From Stylophora pistillata (Eukaryota): 64,000 nucleotides of DNA. The notes beneath the pieces were generated by a model. It searched no databases. It was not told where the DNA came from and was given only the letters and a program-made list of their open reading frames with translations. The stretch is taken from positions 606,405 through 670,404 of the forward strand of contig NW_019217846.1 in assembly GCF_002571385.2 (NCBI RefSeq), in the 5' to 3' direction. The translations under genes were made by a program, and so were the position numbers. Shown piece after piece: positions 24,842-53,793 of the stretch; positions within the stretch are counted from its first letter, which is position 1, and every line of letters begins with the position of its first letter.

Positions 24842-27318
24842 ATGATGATTCCAACGTCATATCAGCCAATAGTATCTGACTCACCTTCAGAGAACAGCGA
24901 CAACCACGACGATGAATTAGAAGACTCACAGCATTCAACATGGCGAAGAGCTATTCAAAGAGTTCGCAAAATAGATAAGAGCTTTGTGGTATCAAAGGCT
25001 TTCTATTTCTTCTTCTACACCGCATTGGGTTCCCTTTTTCCGTTTTTTAGTCTATACTACAAACAGCTATGGCTTACTCCTGGGCAGATTGGCCTTTTAC
25101 TTGCCCTAAGACCCGCCGTCAAACTTGTGTGCTTGCCGTTGTGGAAAATGGTTACGGATCGATTTAGTAGGCCAAAAGTCGTCTACTTCATCTCAATTTT
25201 CGGTTGGATCATTGGCTATTATGGGCAGTCCTTTGTGTTTCCGACCAACACACCTTGTTACGGTTATGCTACAGAAATTCCTGCTACTCAAGAAATTGCA
25301 TTTTCAACCCCAGCTTCAAATCTACACTCGACCGCCAAATCTAGCAACATTACAACAAGGGAACTTACTTTGAACAAACATTTGTCTGCATTTGTACAAA
25401 AATGGGACCAAGAAAGTTATCAGGAATTAAGCAAAATAAAGAAAACAGAAGGGAATTTATTGGACAATACTATAAAATCGGAAAAGATCTTTAAAGACGC
25501 CTCCTCGAAACTAAAATATATAACGCGGTCACAATTGAATGGTCATTATGCAAATGATGATACAGATGTAAGATCAAAAAAGACGAGCTTTGTTCCTCGA
25601 AGTAAAAGTACTTTTAATTTATATCCACTCGAAGACGTATCGATTGAGGATAGTAGCCAAGTCATCAAGGAACCACAAAATGATAATCCAAGAGAAAAAC
25701 ATTTACTTGTGTCAGATTCAGCGCAGGGAAACTTCGTAACGAAACACAAAGACGATGAATTGCGACCTTACGAGACCTGGAACACTATTACAAGGAGCCC
25801 AAGACCAAATGAAGATTTCCGCGTCAAATACAATACCTGGGTTTTTCGTACTCTCATTTTAATAGTAATTCTTACGGAAATTATAACGACACCCACACCG
25901 ATGCTGGCAGACAATGCCATTGTAAGATCTCTGGTAGAAACTGATAGTGAGTATGGTAAACAAAGACTGTTTGGTTCTCTTGGACTCAGCTTGGCTGCCA
26001 TACTTGTCGCTGTATGGGTGTCTCTGGAAACCGACTGTGTGCATACAGACACCATCAATTATGTCCCGTGTTTTCACCTCTTTGAGATTGCCATTGGAGC
26101 TACAATTTTGGTCTCGCTCTGCGTTGAGTTTAACAGACCTCTTGAAGAGAATCCGAACGAGTATGACATCAAGGACGCTATAAAGCTGTTTAAAAACTTC
26201 AAAAACGGCGTGTTCCTTGTCACGCTGTTCTTGTTTGGATTTTTCCACAGCCTCCAGAATTCGTTCTTGTTCTGGTATCTTCAAGATCTTGGTGGAACTC
26301 CTTCCTTGTTCAGTGTCATCTTGCTCATTTACTGCCTGGCTGAGGTTGTAATGTACTTTATCTCAGGGTCCGTGGGTGAGGCTATTGGTCAACAGGGAAT
26401 CATCTGCCTGGCTTTCGCATGTTACACAGCTAGATACCTCATGTATTCCTACCTAAAAGATCCCTGGCTAGTGATTCCCATGGAAATGGCACAAGGGATT
26501 ACCTATGGAGGAGTGTGGTCCATTGCTGCTGTTTATGTGAACGCACCACCGGGTAAGTTCAGGTTTTTCAATATCTCTATACAGGTAGCCAGTTTGACTG
26601 GAAAATCTCCAGAAAGCTAGAAAACCATGTCAGCAATCTGCCATTCTAAACTTCTGTTAAATTTAACTAGTTCAGCGCAAAACGACAGAGACAGGAATTA
26701 TGGGAGTTTGCATCAGGAACAAGGCTTAAATCAGAATAAAGTCAACTCCACTTTGGCGACTTTGCAGTGGCTGCAACAGCACAATTTAAGAGAGAATTAA
26801 GAACTACCTTGTCTGACAGCTTAATTGTATTTCTCTTTAGCATTTAAGACGGTACGCCGAAAATAAAAGCTATAATATTAATCAAGTGGGAATTTTTTTT
26901 TTTACAGCAAGATGTAAACAGAGATCATAAAATCAGGTTATGTTTCCCCGTGCTGAACTTTTAGTCTCATACCCCCTTTGTTACGTTTTGTTCCCCAGAG
27001 GCGACGCCTATGGTTCAAAGCATTCTTCATGGAAGCTACTGGGGCCTGGGAATGGCTCTCGGTTCAGGAATCAGTGGTGTAATCATCGATTTCACGAGCC
27101 CGCGCTCCATGTTCCTCATTGCAGCAGGAATTTGTTTCCTACTGTGCATGTTTCACTTGGGAATTGACATTTATAACAAAATGAATGATTTAGAAGCAGA
27201 GCAAGCCCAAAGGCTGGCAGCTCAACGTGGTGAAGCGAAGCCGTCTAAATCCCATGAAAGTTCCTTTATCGGGGCAGCGGCTGCTCCATTAGTGCCATGC
27301 CTTCTCTACGGCAGATAA
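24842..27318 (+). CDS. MFSD6-like major facilitator transporter, copy 2 (intact)
   Basis: Exon 1 is 24842-26552 (CCG G|gtaagt) and exon 2 is 26999-27318. It has the same motifs and the same phase-1 intron position as copy 1 (KAFYFFFY..LFPFFSLYYKQL, YGKQRLFGSLG, FLFWYLQDLGG, QGITYGGVW, QSILHGSYWGLGMALG). Confidence 0.9.
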
Positions 27319-28271
27319 CTTGGAAAATATTTTTGTAATTCGCAGGGAACCTTTATCCGCGTTAATTTTGTGAAATCTTTTAAGGTCGCTTACTATGTGG
27401 AACTTTGCCTGTTTAAGTCATTTCGTTCGTAAATTTCGTTGCGGGAGTAAAAATTCTTTAAAAAAAATTGCATACGTAGTATTTGTATCTAGAAACATGA
27501 TATTTAAAACAATAAAGGTACTTAACATAGTTGAAGCACACTTTTTTCTGTTTGACATCTACGTCGATATCAATTTTAATCTTCTTTGAATTGGAGACGC
27601 ACCGACTTAAAACTAAACTAGGAATTTTCGTTGGAATTGCAATACAATACAGCGAAACTGCAGCGAATGAGTTAACCATTCATGGTTATCATTTAATCTT
27701 TTTTTTAGAATCCAGTGAAGGAGTTTGGTTGAAAACCTTCCCTGACGGACGGTCAGTAACAATAAGAGACGTTGTTATTTTTTGAGGGGAGGAGGGTGGG
27801 ATTCACCTTTCTTAATGAGAGTTTCTATTAGCTGAATCAACATGTGACCGACTGGAATAAAACTGCAATTGACAGTACTGAGCGCCCACTGATGTCCTCA
27901 AATCCCCGATGAATCATTGAGGTATTACCAAAAATGAAATACGCGCGGGCAGAGGTATCGTTGGTTGTCAAACAAAAAAAAAAGGGCGATTCTTACTGAG
28001 CATTGCATTTGTGCCATGCGGTTATAAAATAGACAGAACTAAAACACAACACGGACATACTTTTGCCAGCTTGCTTTTCCAACTGACCGATCCTTACACA
28101 ATGTAAATGTAGAACATGTATTACTCCGCAGTAAACTAAGCAACTAAAGTCCCGTGCTGTCTCAGGCAGTTTCTGTTTAGGATAGGAACCATCCAGAGGC
28201 ACTTGGGATCGAATCCTGAATGGTTACACAGTTTATACAGTGGAACAGCTCAGAGCCTCATGAATCCCTGT

Positions 28272-43058
<14,787 letters not shown>

Positions 43059-44333
43059 TACACATTTCCGCTCGTGGCGTCTTTGTAGCTCAAAGCTGCC
43101 AAGCGTGCTTAAAGACACGATATAAAGAGCTGTGCGTGGAGTACAAACAGATCTTGTCTGACCTCTGTCGATAATGTAAGTCACGCAATAGTCTCCTACG
43201 CCTGCCGTTCTTTGAGTAGTGTGACACATTACGTGACATCAAAGTGATGTCACGTTCATCCTCTCAATCAAGGAAATATTTTTCGGAAGAATTCCTAAAA
43301 CCTCCCCAGTGAGAACTGCCCGGAGAATCCTCGTACCGGCGATAGGGGAAGGGGAGTTACAGAAAGTGATGCTCGCTATTTTTAGATCTAAATTTTATCA
43401 GGTTACTGACACTTAGCAACTTATTTGTTTCCGTAATGATTTATTGTTATTCTGTATAATGTAGATATAAAAATCTTACCCAATTACTGAGTTAAGACAA
43501 CCATACTTTTTCCTTGTTGCAAAGTAGTTATTTTCTTTTAATTAAATTTCTTAACGTTTTCGATCCTGTGATGTGATCATCTAATCGTGGTAGCTTGGTA
43601 GGAGGGTTTTGAGCTAAAAACTAAATCACTTATTACCTCTTACCCCTTTCCCCAAAATATATTTCACCATTATAAGTGGAAAGTAGCTTGCACTCGGATA
43701 CATCAAAAATTCTCTCAGTTTATTTTCCTAATCGATTTTGATGAAGTTAGAACAAATTCTGACGGGGTCGCTACTTTCAGCTACCTGAGGCGCCCACAAA
43801 AAACTGAATCACGTCAAACTGAGGAGTACCAAAGGTCGACAATTCGACTTATTTCCCAGCCTTTGAGATTGACTTAAGAGATTAATTAAATGGATAATCC
43901 GTGAAGATATTTTTAAATGATAAATGTAAGAGTAGCTCCGCAAAACAGTAAATCTGTAAGGCTGCGTGACACTAAAAAATGATTGGTTTTACGACACTCT
44001 ACGAAGCATTTCCTTGTTAAAATTTTCATAACAAGATTTCTCTGATGTTAAAGTGCCCCATGAAACTGATTGAAATAAAGTAAAGCGCCATAGAAAATTT
44101 AGGCTCAATATTTTCTGTTCTCTCGAGTTTTTGTCTTGATTTCATCCTTGAAGAGCCTCGAACAGCGGCGGGCCATTGAGCCTTTAGGGAATAAAGAAAC
44201 ACTGGCATTTGAGTTCTAACCTTTGACAAAACAAACAAGAATGGATATGTCGATTCAAAACTAGAATATCGTGTCATTCAAAGTCAGACGGTTGCTTAAT
44301 GATATTCAATATCATTATAGGTAAGGATTGTCC

Positions 44334-47300
44334 TTAAACTGGCTCCTCATAAAGGAACTTAAGACAGCCCATTGCTTCCAAGTCCTCCAGGAATCCCATG
44401 TGCGATTGAACAGCTCTCTCAAAATAGGGTAACCGCGTAACTGAGTGAGTGATGGTCTTCAAGGAGAGTTGATGCAATGCATACACACAACACACTGCAA
44501 TAAAAACGTTCATGAACTTTTGCGAGTTAAAAGTCATTCCACTTGATTTTTCCAGCTGTTCTTGATAAAATCGCACAAGGTTTGTACGGGTCGATACCTC
44601 ACCACTCCCTGGAAGAACAAATGCAAGGAACTCTACCATGTCATGTTGAGGAGCATGAATTGTTGCCATTTCCCAGTCGTAGATACAGGACACTCGACTT
44701 AATTTGTTGTTTGCGATAAAGAAGCGGCTGTGATTATCTTCCGTTGTAAATTCTTGCTTGCGGAGGCACACATTTCTTGGAGTAAAATCATAGTGGACTA
44801 AAGTCCTTGGAAACGAATCGATTATTTTCCAGACGCGATCCATGTTGTCAATAAAACTTCTGACAAGGTTCGTCCTAACACAAAGAGAAAAACACGATTT
44901 TTATCATAATATAGAGCAATTTTTTAGCAAGCGTCAAAAGTGATCCGAGATTTCTTTTGGTGTACTTTACCTCGCTCTGTGATTGGTCCAGAAAACCCGT
45001 GCCACTTTCGCAACCAATCAGAATCAAGACAAAAACCAACCACGTGCGTTTACACGTGCCAAAGAGTTTACTGATTTCAACTTTGAGTTCTCACTGGTTC
45101 TTTATGATATTTTCCTTTGGTTTTGGTTTTGGTTTTTACGTCACTCAGTGTAAAAGCACTCTATACACTTGGATCCACCCATTGAAAAGACAAGTAATCC
45201 ATCTGGTTTTAAGTTGCCTCACGCTAAGCGAATGCGCGAATCATATGTGGCCAGCGAGGAGAAAATGTTTCGTCCATAAGGAACCACTTACCGAGCGAGA
45301 ACCTTGTTAAAGCGATCCATTCAGGTTGTTACGAGAATTTTGCTTTTCAAATCTTTCAAAAGTTTTTTTTTGTTGTTTTTGTTATTTATTTATTTTTTGT
45401 GAAAACGGCGTTTAACTTTGTAAGTACCATAAGTAATGATAGAAAACAGTATGGAGGAGTTGCATACTGATGTTAGGGTGGAAACGCTTAAAGTGCACCT
45501 ACACCCAAAAAGTTTTTTTCGCTTAACGAAGTAAGCTTATTTTTTTGAGTATTTCTGTTCACTGCTTTGGAGTAGCTGTAGCTCAAGCTGACTTGTCTCT
45601 GAGAGTTCTACATCACACGACGGTTGATTGACAAATGGTCCAGTGGGACCTAAGGCTCCTTTTATAGCGCGCCTTCGTGTTTAAATTGTTAGCATGGACA
45701 ACACAAATAAGAATATATTTTTAGGAATATAAAGCCTTAGTCACCTTTTCGTAGTCCACAGATCAGGAAATGTAGCACGATTGTGACACAAAAGGGCGCG
45801 CCAAAAACCTGAGAGCGCCTTCATAACGCTTCCGCTGTAAAAGCACATCCAGGGCTCAGATTCTAGGCTAGTTACGTTGCCAAGGTGGATGCTATGAAAT
45901 CGGGCGATATCTCGCAGAACCACCTTTAAAAGTGAATTAGTCATAATAGTTAATAATGGCAGTAACTGTGATGATGATGATGATGATAATTAGGTGGTTA
46001 CCAAGGTGCCAAATAAAATTGGCCGTATAAACGGGGTGCCCGTCTCAGCAGGCCAGGGTCAAATTTCATGACTTAAGGTGGTCTTGAAAATGTGGGTGGA
46101 AGACCACCTTAAGGGCCGTAGTGATAAATATATCCAATTCGCACTCCCTCAAAAACAGACGTTCTCTTTAATAAACCACTGGAATGTAAATATGCATGTA
46201 GTTATTATTATAAAAAAAAATAATAGAAACTTCACTCAATGCATAATATGCCTTTAAAAAATTAGATATTAATTAAACCCCCGCAAATGCATTTTCAGAC
46301 TGCCATAATATAAAAATACAAGAAAAACAGGTTCAGCTTACTATGCTTCGGAAAAAAGATACCTGAGCTCTCCGACTTTTCTCGAGTGGCCGTATAAAGG
46401 GAATGAATAATTAAGAATTCTACTGTTTGGGATTTTAAAATGTCGCCGTCGGCCTTATTAACGGGTGACCACATTAACGAGGGTTTTTATATAAAAGTAT
46501 TTGACCGTTTTTTAGGGCCATAAGTGGCCGTAAGGCGGCGTTCCACTTTAATAATAATAACAATAGTTAGCGTCTCGTACCATGTAAATATTTCAGCAAG
46601 GTCATGAATAATTGCAACGAAAAGAATTCTTACGGCAGGCGCATTAAAGAAACATGATTGACTTTAGCACCATGTCTTCGTTAATACAGCCAAACCTTTG
46701 CGAAGACCGGGCACAGTGAGAGACAAGGGGGCTTGGAAACGAGCACGTTCTATAGGTGCTGATGAAATATAATTACAAGAACAATGGCGTCTTTGCGTTT
46801 TTGGGCCACACCAGAAAAAACCAGTGCTTACTTTTTGTTAGAGTGGCATTGTCACTTTAATTTTCTTTTCTCCTTTCCATCAAATTACAAAAGATTCGTA
46901 GAGCAGTGCGACTTACCTTAATATCTTCTTGATCCCAGACCTCTGACGCGTTATTGATGGTGTTGAAATGTGTCACGTGATCGGTAAGATCCTCCATAAC
47001 TATAACAAATACCTCCTAATAAGCAATGAAGAAGTGAGTAGGTAAGCAGCAGAAGAGGCAGGCAGGTAGAAGAGATAGAAGGAAGGAAAGAAAGAAGCTA
47101 CAAGGAACGAATATGGATGGGAATCGAGTAAACGTATTGCAGCAAAAAGAATTTGATTTCGCCTCAGAATTTGCAATCAACTTGAATATGCATTTCTTTT
47201 CTCGCCAACATTGAACTCTACTTTCTTTGAAGAGGCCTCCAGATTCCAGATATCAACCTACGGTTTGCCAAGCTGCTGAAATAATGCAAGGATTTGACTC

Positions 47301-48866
47301 ACGACAAGGTGGTTTTTTGACTGAAAAGGAATAAAACAGACTGTCCTTACCTTAGAAGGATCACAGACAGTGTGATAAACTTTCGGCGCAATGTCTGTAA
47401 ACCTTGGGTCTTGCGTTGTCATTACTTTAATCTCCCTTACATCAGAGTTCCTGAAAACCAATAAGATGATCATATAAATTTCGAAAGAAACAATCAAATT
47501 TTAGCGGTCTTTATCGCTGAGAGTTTTCTCTTCTCTGAGTGTTTTTTGTCAAGCATTTTCCCCTGCTTTAACCTACAGAGGTGATGGGTGAAGAAAGGCT
47601 GTCCAAGTAAGCTGCCTTTGCCACAGTCACAGTCGCCACAGTAACCCAAACCTTTCGACCGGGTGTTGAACCCAGTGAACTGATCACTGGAGCTGTATTT
47701 GACCCTAGAAATGTAATGGCTTGCAAAGTGTAGACATGTTAACATGTTTAAGTCCCACAAGGTAGGCCCCACCCCACTCCCCTTTCCCCCTCAAGCTACA
47801 TATATGTCAGCATCTGTTTATCTTGCAAATTGATTTAATTTGAGATTAAACTACCTTCCTTGTCCTAACACCATGCCTAGCTGTTCCTTGTTGTTTTATT
47901 ATATTAACGCGCTTACATTTTTTTATTTCTTCAGCTGGTAACGCACAGGTGGGAAGGTGAAGATGGAGACCTTATATCTTTGCAACTAATCTATTTTAGG
48001 AAATTCACCTGAAATAAGACACACGGCGAAACATCCCAGCATACTGGCTTACGTCTCCACTTTTTTTCTCGATCCATTCTCCAAAGATGTTAACGAACTT
48101 AAGTGCCAGTGGCTTACATTTTGCGACAACTCGAAGTGTTTTCCTTGCTGAATCTCCTGCGATTGAATTAGTTGGTGGAACAAAAATCAAATCTATCATG
48201 TCACTACCTAAATAGAAAGCACTGAATTAACTGTGCGCCCTCTAAACTCTGTGCAATTTCAACTCATCGTGTATCAGACTCGAGCTCAATTTGACGTTTT
48301 GCAGTGATTTGAAATCGGTTTTTAGTATATCTATATATGCTTTCAGACAGTTCTTCTATGACGCGGAACAAGCTTAGCGCAACTTTATTTCCTTCCTGTG
48401 GCCACATGGGAGGCTTAACAAAGTGATAATTTAGTATTTTTTAAATCAAACAATGCAAGAAAAAGAAGCAAGTATGAAACTCACCAGAGCTCGGTCTGTA
48501 GGTGATTTCAAATCCCTGGTGCCCAATCATTCGATCATCATCTTGTATGGCTTTGCATGTTGTAGTTAGGCCGATGCTTTGCTGAGGGATCTGAGTATGC
48601 AATTCAAACGTACATGTAATTACGTAGATTCAAATTTAGTTTCTATTATCGTTTACGGTGGAATATATATCGATTACCTCAAATGGATACAAAGAAAGAA
48701 GTGTTCCTCTTCTTCCAAGGATACTTTGAAAAAACTCGTCTGTCAACAGAGATGCAGTTGCGCCTTTGCTTTCGCTGCTGTTGTTGTTTTTGTCGCAAGC
48801 ATTTTTTATCCCTGCGTCTGAGAGGAAATATGGTGTACTGTAGTATGGTGAACACAATTCTGCCAT
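44334..48866 (-). CDS. APH/choline-kinase-like small-molecule phosphotransferase (~470 aa)
   Basis: Seven frame-consistent GT-AG exons: 48866-48678, 48590-48485, 48207-48009, 47450-47351, 47015-46917, 45923-45745, 44874-44334. Motifs VVAKCK, IVMEDL, IARFHS, TLVHYDFTPRN (Brenner-type HxDxxxxN) and IYDWEMA..HAPQHD. An acceptor lies just upstream of the ATG, so extra 5' exons are possible. Confidence 0.85.
44911..45163 (+). mobile_element. MITE family copy
   Basis: Ends tagagcaattttt / aaaagcactcta; internal ctctgtgattggtccagaaaacccgtgccactttcgcaaccaatcaga is shared with the 11432-11720 copy. Confidence 0.6.
46013..46550. mobile_element. Degenerate Tc1/mariner-like non-autonomous element
   Basis: Repeated ggccgtat(a/t)aacggg blocks; the right end ggccgtaaggcggcgttccact resembles a reversed cagtggaac-type TIR. 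Confidence 0.45.
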
Positions 48867-49584
48867 TGAGAATCTGTAGTAAAAATAAAATGGGTTAGGT
48901 TTCCACCACTGCTTTCCCGAAGACTCACCGGTGAATGTGGTTAGAAAACAACACCGTGAACGTTCGCCAAAAGAAAAATGGGGTGGAATAAAGCACAAAA
49001 TATGTTTGGAATGATAGAAAGAAAGACGCTCATTACTTAGGTGTGATAGCTATAGTCAATAACAACTAACGTCATCAAAACCCCTGAGAAGTCATATTCA
49101 TCCACTGAGCTTGTAACGAATGATACCGCAAATACTTATTATTTCTCGTTTTTTTCTATCTTTAGAGCAGTAACAAACACTGAACTAACCAATTTGAAAA
49201 ATGCACCCTCTGTTCTAATACTTAGTCAGCTCACGTGAAGTATTTGTGCAAGTCACGCATGAACACCCACCATTTAACTAATATTCACTTCAACCACAGG
49301 TAGCCCGAGTTCGCACAAAGAGCCGTAAATATTCATATATGCGTATATGTTTGTTTGCTTTGCACAATGAGCGAAATGTAATGATTTGTATGGGAATAAA
49401 CGTTACACTTTCAGCCTAAATATTTGAACTAGTTTTGAATAAGAATGTCCTATACAATGTACAATCCTCGCATTTCGCCCATGGAGCAATGCAAACTTTC
49501 GGCTCAGTGTAAGCTTTCTGTTCGACGTTGTTGAGCTGCGTCGTTGCTACACGCTGTACTTTGCGACGGCGATTCGCAGTGAAA

Positions 49585-49591
49585 ATTATTA

Positions 49592-49628
<37 letters not shown>

Positions 49629-49662
49629 CATTGTTATTATTATCATTGCTATTATTATTATT
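49585..49662. repeat. (ATT)n microsatellite
   Basis: Seen directly. Confidence 0.95.
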
Positions 49663-52321
49663 AAACATATTTGCTTATTTACGGACGCTCATTGGGCACG
49701 CTTGAGCTACTTGTGCTTCAAGAAGGCAGTTTTTCATCCCAAAGGATTAGGCAGTCAATATACAGCTTAAATTAAACACAGTGACTGACTGAATAACTTC
49801 GTTTACCGTATTACTCACAATGCACCTTCTTCGCCTTGTTGTTTTGTTGTCCCATTTAGTATCATCTTAGGGATTATTTTCTTTAAAAATCGATCAAATG
49901 AAAGGAGCATGCATAACAGGGCGAATATGCAAAAATGAAACGAAAGATCAGTTATCGCTAGTTTTCCAAATCTACCGAATTTTTTTCAGATATTGGAGTA
50001 GAAAATCTCTAACAAAGTAATCCTGTACCATGGTGTTTCTTTACTGTTATCATCATTTTTGTTCGAATTTGTTTCCCCCCTGAACAAGTAATCAAAATGA
50101 CCTTCATGCTGTGTGCTAATTACCAATTTCAGATTACGTGGAACTTACGCTTCCTCATGTTTATCGAACTTGGGTGCATAACAATGTTGTAATATCCTCA
50201 GAAATTACCTAGCTTACATTTTGAAAAATATTACTTAATTGGTACGTTTCCTTGTACAGGGAAAATTTTAAGATCTTTTTGTTTTAAAGTAGGGCTCTCA
50301 AAACGTGCTAAAGCAAACGTATAACAAAGTATTTGCGACGCCTTCGACATTGTACATGGACTGTCTGCCAGCTTTGCCACTAACACAACACGTGTGCGCA
50401 TGAGAAAGTTAAAAGGTTGATTCAAATTCTTAAATACAACCAGTACAGATGCACGAGCTTTCATAAATGAATTTAGCCACCATCCATTTACACCTAAAGA
50501 ATTAGTGATGCGTTCAATAAAGTTCAATATTAGAGGGAAAACAAGGTTAGAAAGTTAACTAAAAATTCCTAACACCTTGTGTTTACACAGACTATCGCTT
50601 GCTTCCTTAGGACATTTTTGGTTATTTTTCCTTCGGTAACGATTGTTTTCTCGAAAGCCAGCAAGTTTGCCCGATTTTCTAGGACTCAAACAACAAAGGG
50701 TTATTCATAATAAGGACTAGAAATAGATTGTCAACCATTTCCCTGCAGAGTTGGAAATTAGGAAACATCGCGCGTTTGTTTAAAATAACAAAACTTACCA
50801 GATTCAGGTTTACCCACAGTTCTCGGTTCTCGCTCGAAGAATAATTTCTCGAGGCAATCACGAGTAAACTTGACAAAAATACAGCGAATTTACACGTGGA
50901 ACTGATAATAGTCCGCAGCACATATGCATAATTATTCTGACGGATTTTTGATCTGTAGCTCAAGTAAAACGCCAAATTCTAGCCGTTTGGAAGTCAAATT
51001 TCCCTAGAGGTCCATCAGGTAAGATTTCGTTTGGAATTTTACGACGAAGCTCTCGTTCCAGAGTAGACATTAAGATGTCACGCAGAGATGGTTTTTTTAC
51101 CGTCTTTGTTTTGGGTTTTTTTACCGTCTTTGTTTTGGTTGAGTTACAAATAAAACAGGATGGACTCGTGGAATATGGACTTGGAGTATAGAACGAGATG
51201 TAAATAAAGCAAAAATACGAAACAAGAAAAATGGAAATAAAACTAGGAGTTCAACAGCGACTCTACATTTTTTTCTATCAACATTCTTACTTTGCGAGGC
51301 ACAATGAATTCGAGGACTTTCAAATATCAAAGAGATTTAATTTAACAATTTTGTAGTCAGGCACGTACAAAAGTGTTAAATGCAATTTCAATTAATCATA
51401 AGTCATAACAAACCCGATAAAAATTAACTACAATGGACACTTCCATCTATATATTTGTATAGAAGGCCTATCAGTTTTGCAAGTGACTCGTTCAGCAGGC
51501 TGACACTTCAGAAATGGTATTGCAGCGCTACAGTTGTTGTTTCCACGAAAGTTTCTTCGTTGCATCAGAAGATAAGAGATCGCGCTTAATTTGAGTTAGC
51601 TACTTCTGCCTACAAAGTGTACCTATCTTGCAAGCACAGCTATAATTGTTTTAAGTTGATAGCTGTAAACAATATCTGAAGCGAGATGTAGACTGAAAAC
51701 AACTGCAGACAAAAACCTTACCGTTTGATGTGTTTGATGTGTCACAACAGATCATTGAAGTACTCCTTTCAAACACCTGGTCGAAGATACTTCAATTCGC
51801 CATCGAGTTGTAGGAAACTCGGTTTCGATTGGCGCACTGATGTTTTTTTCTTTAAATCGGCTGTTTGAATGTTACATTCAGTGTGTAACAGTTTGGTCAA
51901 ATGACTGCAGCGATGTTGTTTACAGTTTTTACACCCAGGCCTTGCCCTTTCTTGCACCCGTCTGAGAGCCTAGGCATTTTGCCAACGAAAATGAAAGTTT
52001 ATACAACTCTCAATTTAACTAGAAGAGGGTGTCAAACCTCGATATCCGTCAGGTGTTCAATCAGTCTCGATATATTTAGATCGGCGTAAAACAGTGCCAC
52101 AGTACACGTGAGATTACGGAACTGGCTCAGAAACTTATATCCAATTTTGGGCATGCAATATAGACCCATTTGACAGAAGGGTTTTCTAGGATCACTGTTT
52201 TTGATCGGCTATCTAAAAAGTGGACAGTTTAGATAATTATTATATTCAAGTCTTGCATGGAAAAGGTTTTGATTTAAGTCACTCCTTCTTCAGCTAGGTA
52301 CCATAATAGGGTAATCAGGAG

Positions 52322-53793
52322 GGGCGTTACAAAAGCCAAACCGGATCGGATCGGATCGGATCGGATCGGATTGACAAAATCAGGACTGGATCGGACCACA
52401 TTAACAAAACCTGGATCGGATTGCGTCCGATTGACAAAACACGGACCAGGGGCCCGTTTCTCGAAAGTCCCGGTAACTTTACGGACCCGTAACTATGTTT
52501 TGAAATCAAAATTTAAAGGATAGGAAAGCAGGTTCTGGCATCCAAACCAGTCCTTTTTGTTTCTTTAGCTGATAGTTTTATTACATCATTTTCAAAACTT
52601 TTGAAGTCCCCATCTTGAATGAAAACAGAACAGCTTTACGGGCCCGTTAAGTTATCGGGACTTTCGAGAAATGGACCCCAGGTCCGAAAAAAAATCGGAT
52701 CGCCATAAAGTTCCCACCAAAATAGTCACGTAATATCTCATGATCAAGTTTTGGCATAGAAGTATGACTGCCTTTTTTCGCAGCTCAGTGAAGCAAAGTT
52801 GTAATGGTTTTTTTTCGTATAAGATATTCCACAGGCGCCCCCAGCTCACTACACTAAAGGCATAGCTGTTTCGCCTAAACAGGCATTAAGAACTACAGAA
52901 AACAGACGATGGAAGTCCACATACTTTATTATTTTGAAAACTATACATAATTATGCCATAATAAGAAACACATTTGTAGCCTTGCACGTTGTGCATAGTT
53001 TTTTTTTATTTTTTTATTTTTTTTATTTTATTTAAACATTATTGTAAATTACTGACCCATCATTGTAAATAGTTGCCGAAAAGCCTTTTTAGAAGCACTC
53101 ATTAAAAATTATCAATATCATAACGAACGTTTTGATAGAACGCTATTACGGACTCCATACGCTGTTTTATATATATAGCGTTCAACTTCGACGGTCGACA
53201 TTGTAATGTAACACCGCTTTTCGCAACACTGTCACAATATGCCACTTGCATTGTAACACAACACCACTTTCCCGTCACGGTCACGTCCGCTAGTAATAAA
53301 ATAACTATCATTTTGTATTGTGAGCTTGAGAACGTCTGTGGATATTCATTTTCAACTACAATCAATTACGGTCAAATCGTAGCGGCCTCAGTTGACCGGC
53401 AATTACTTAGCAGGCGTCATTACTTCCGATCGAAAACTTAAACATCATCACCTGTAACTCCCGTGAGGCTTAGCGCTCACACAGTGCATGGCAAGAAAAA
53501 CAGTCACCGTGTTTGAGATGTTTCTCTTAAGGCTGCAGAACTTGTATGGATTTTTGGATGTTTTCCACGTTTACTAGTGGATAGCTCCAATATGAGGTAC
53601 GTTCTTACCTCAACACTTGGCGGGAAATTTATGGCGATCCGATCTTTTTCGGATCCGGTCTGGGTTTTGTTAATCCGGTACGATCCGGTCCAGGTTTTGT
53701 CAATCCGATCTGATCCGATCCGATCCGATCCGATCCGATCTGATCCGATCCGATCCGATCCGATCCGATCCGGTCCCGGTTTTGTAAACGCCC
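52322..53793. mobile_element. Non-autonomous Mutator-like/foldback element with long TIRs containing (CGGAT)n
   Basis: Ends GGGCGTTACAAAA / TTTTGTAAACGCCC; perfect 9-bp TSD AATCAGGAG (52313-52321, 53794-53802); inverted arms of about 180 bp. Confidence 0.88.
52450..52678. mobile_element. Harbinger-type MITE nested in the left TIR of the foldback element
   Basis: TIRs GGGCCCGTTTCTCGAAAGTCCCG / CGGGACTTTCGAGAAATGGACCC with a 3-bp TSD CAG; absent from the right arm. Confidence 0.85.
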
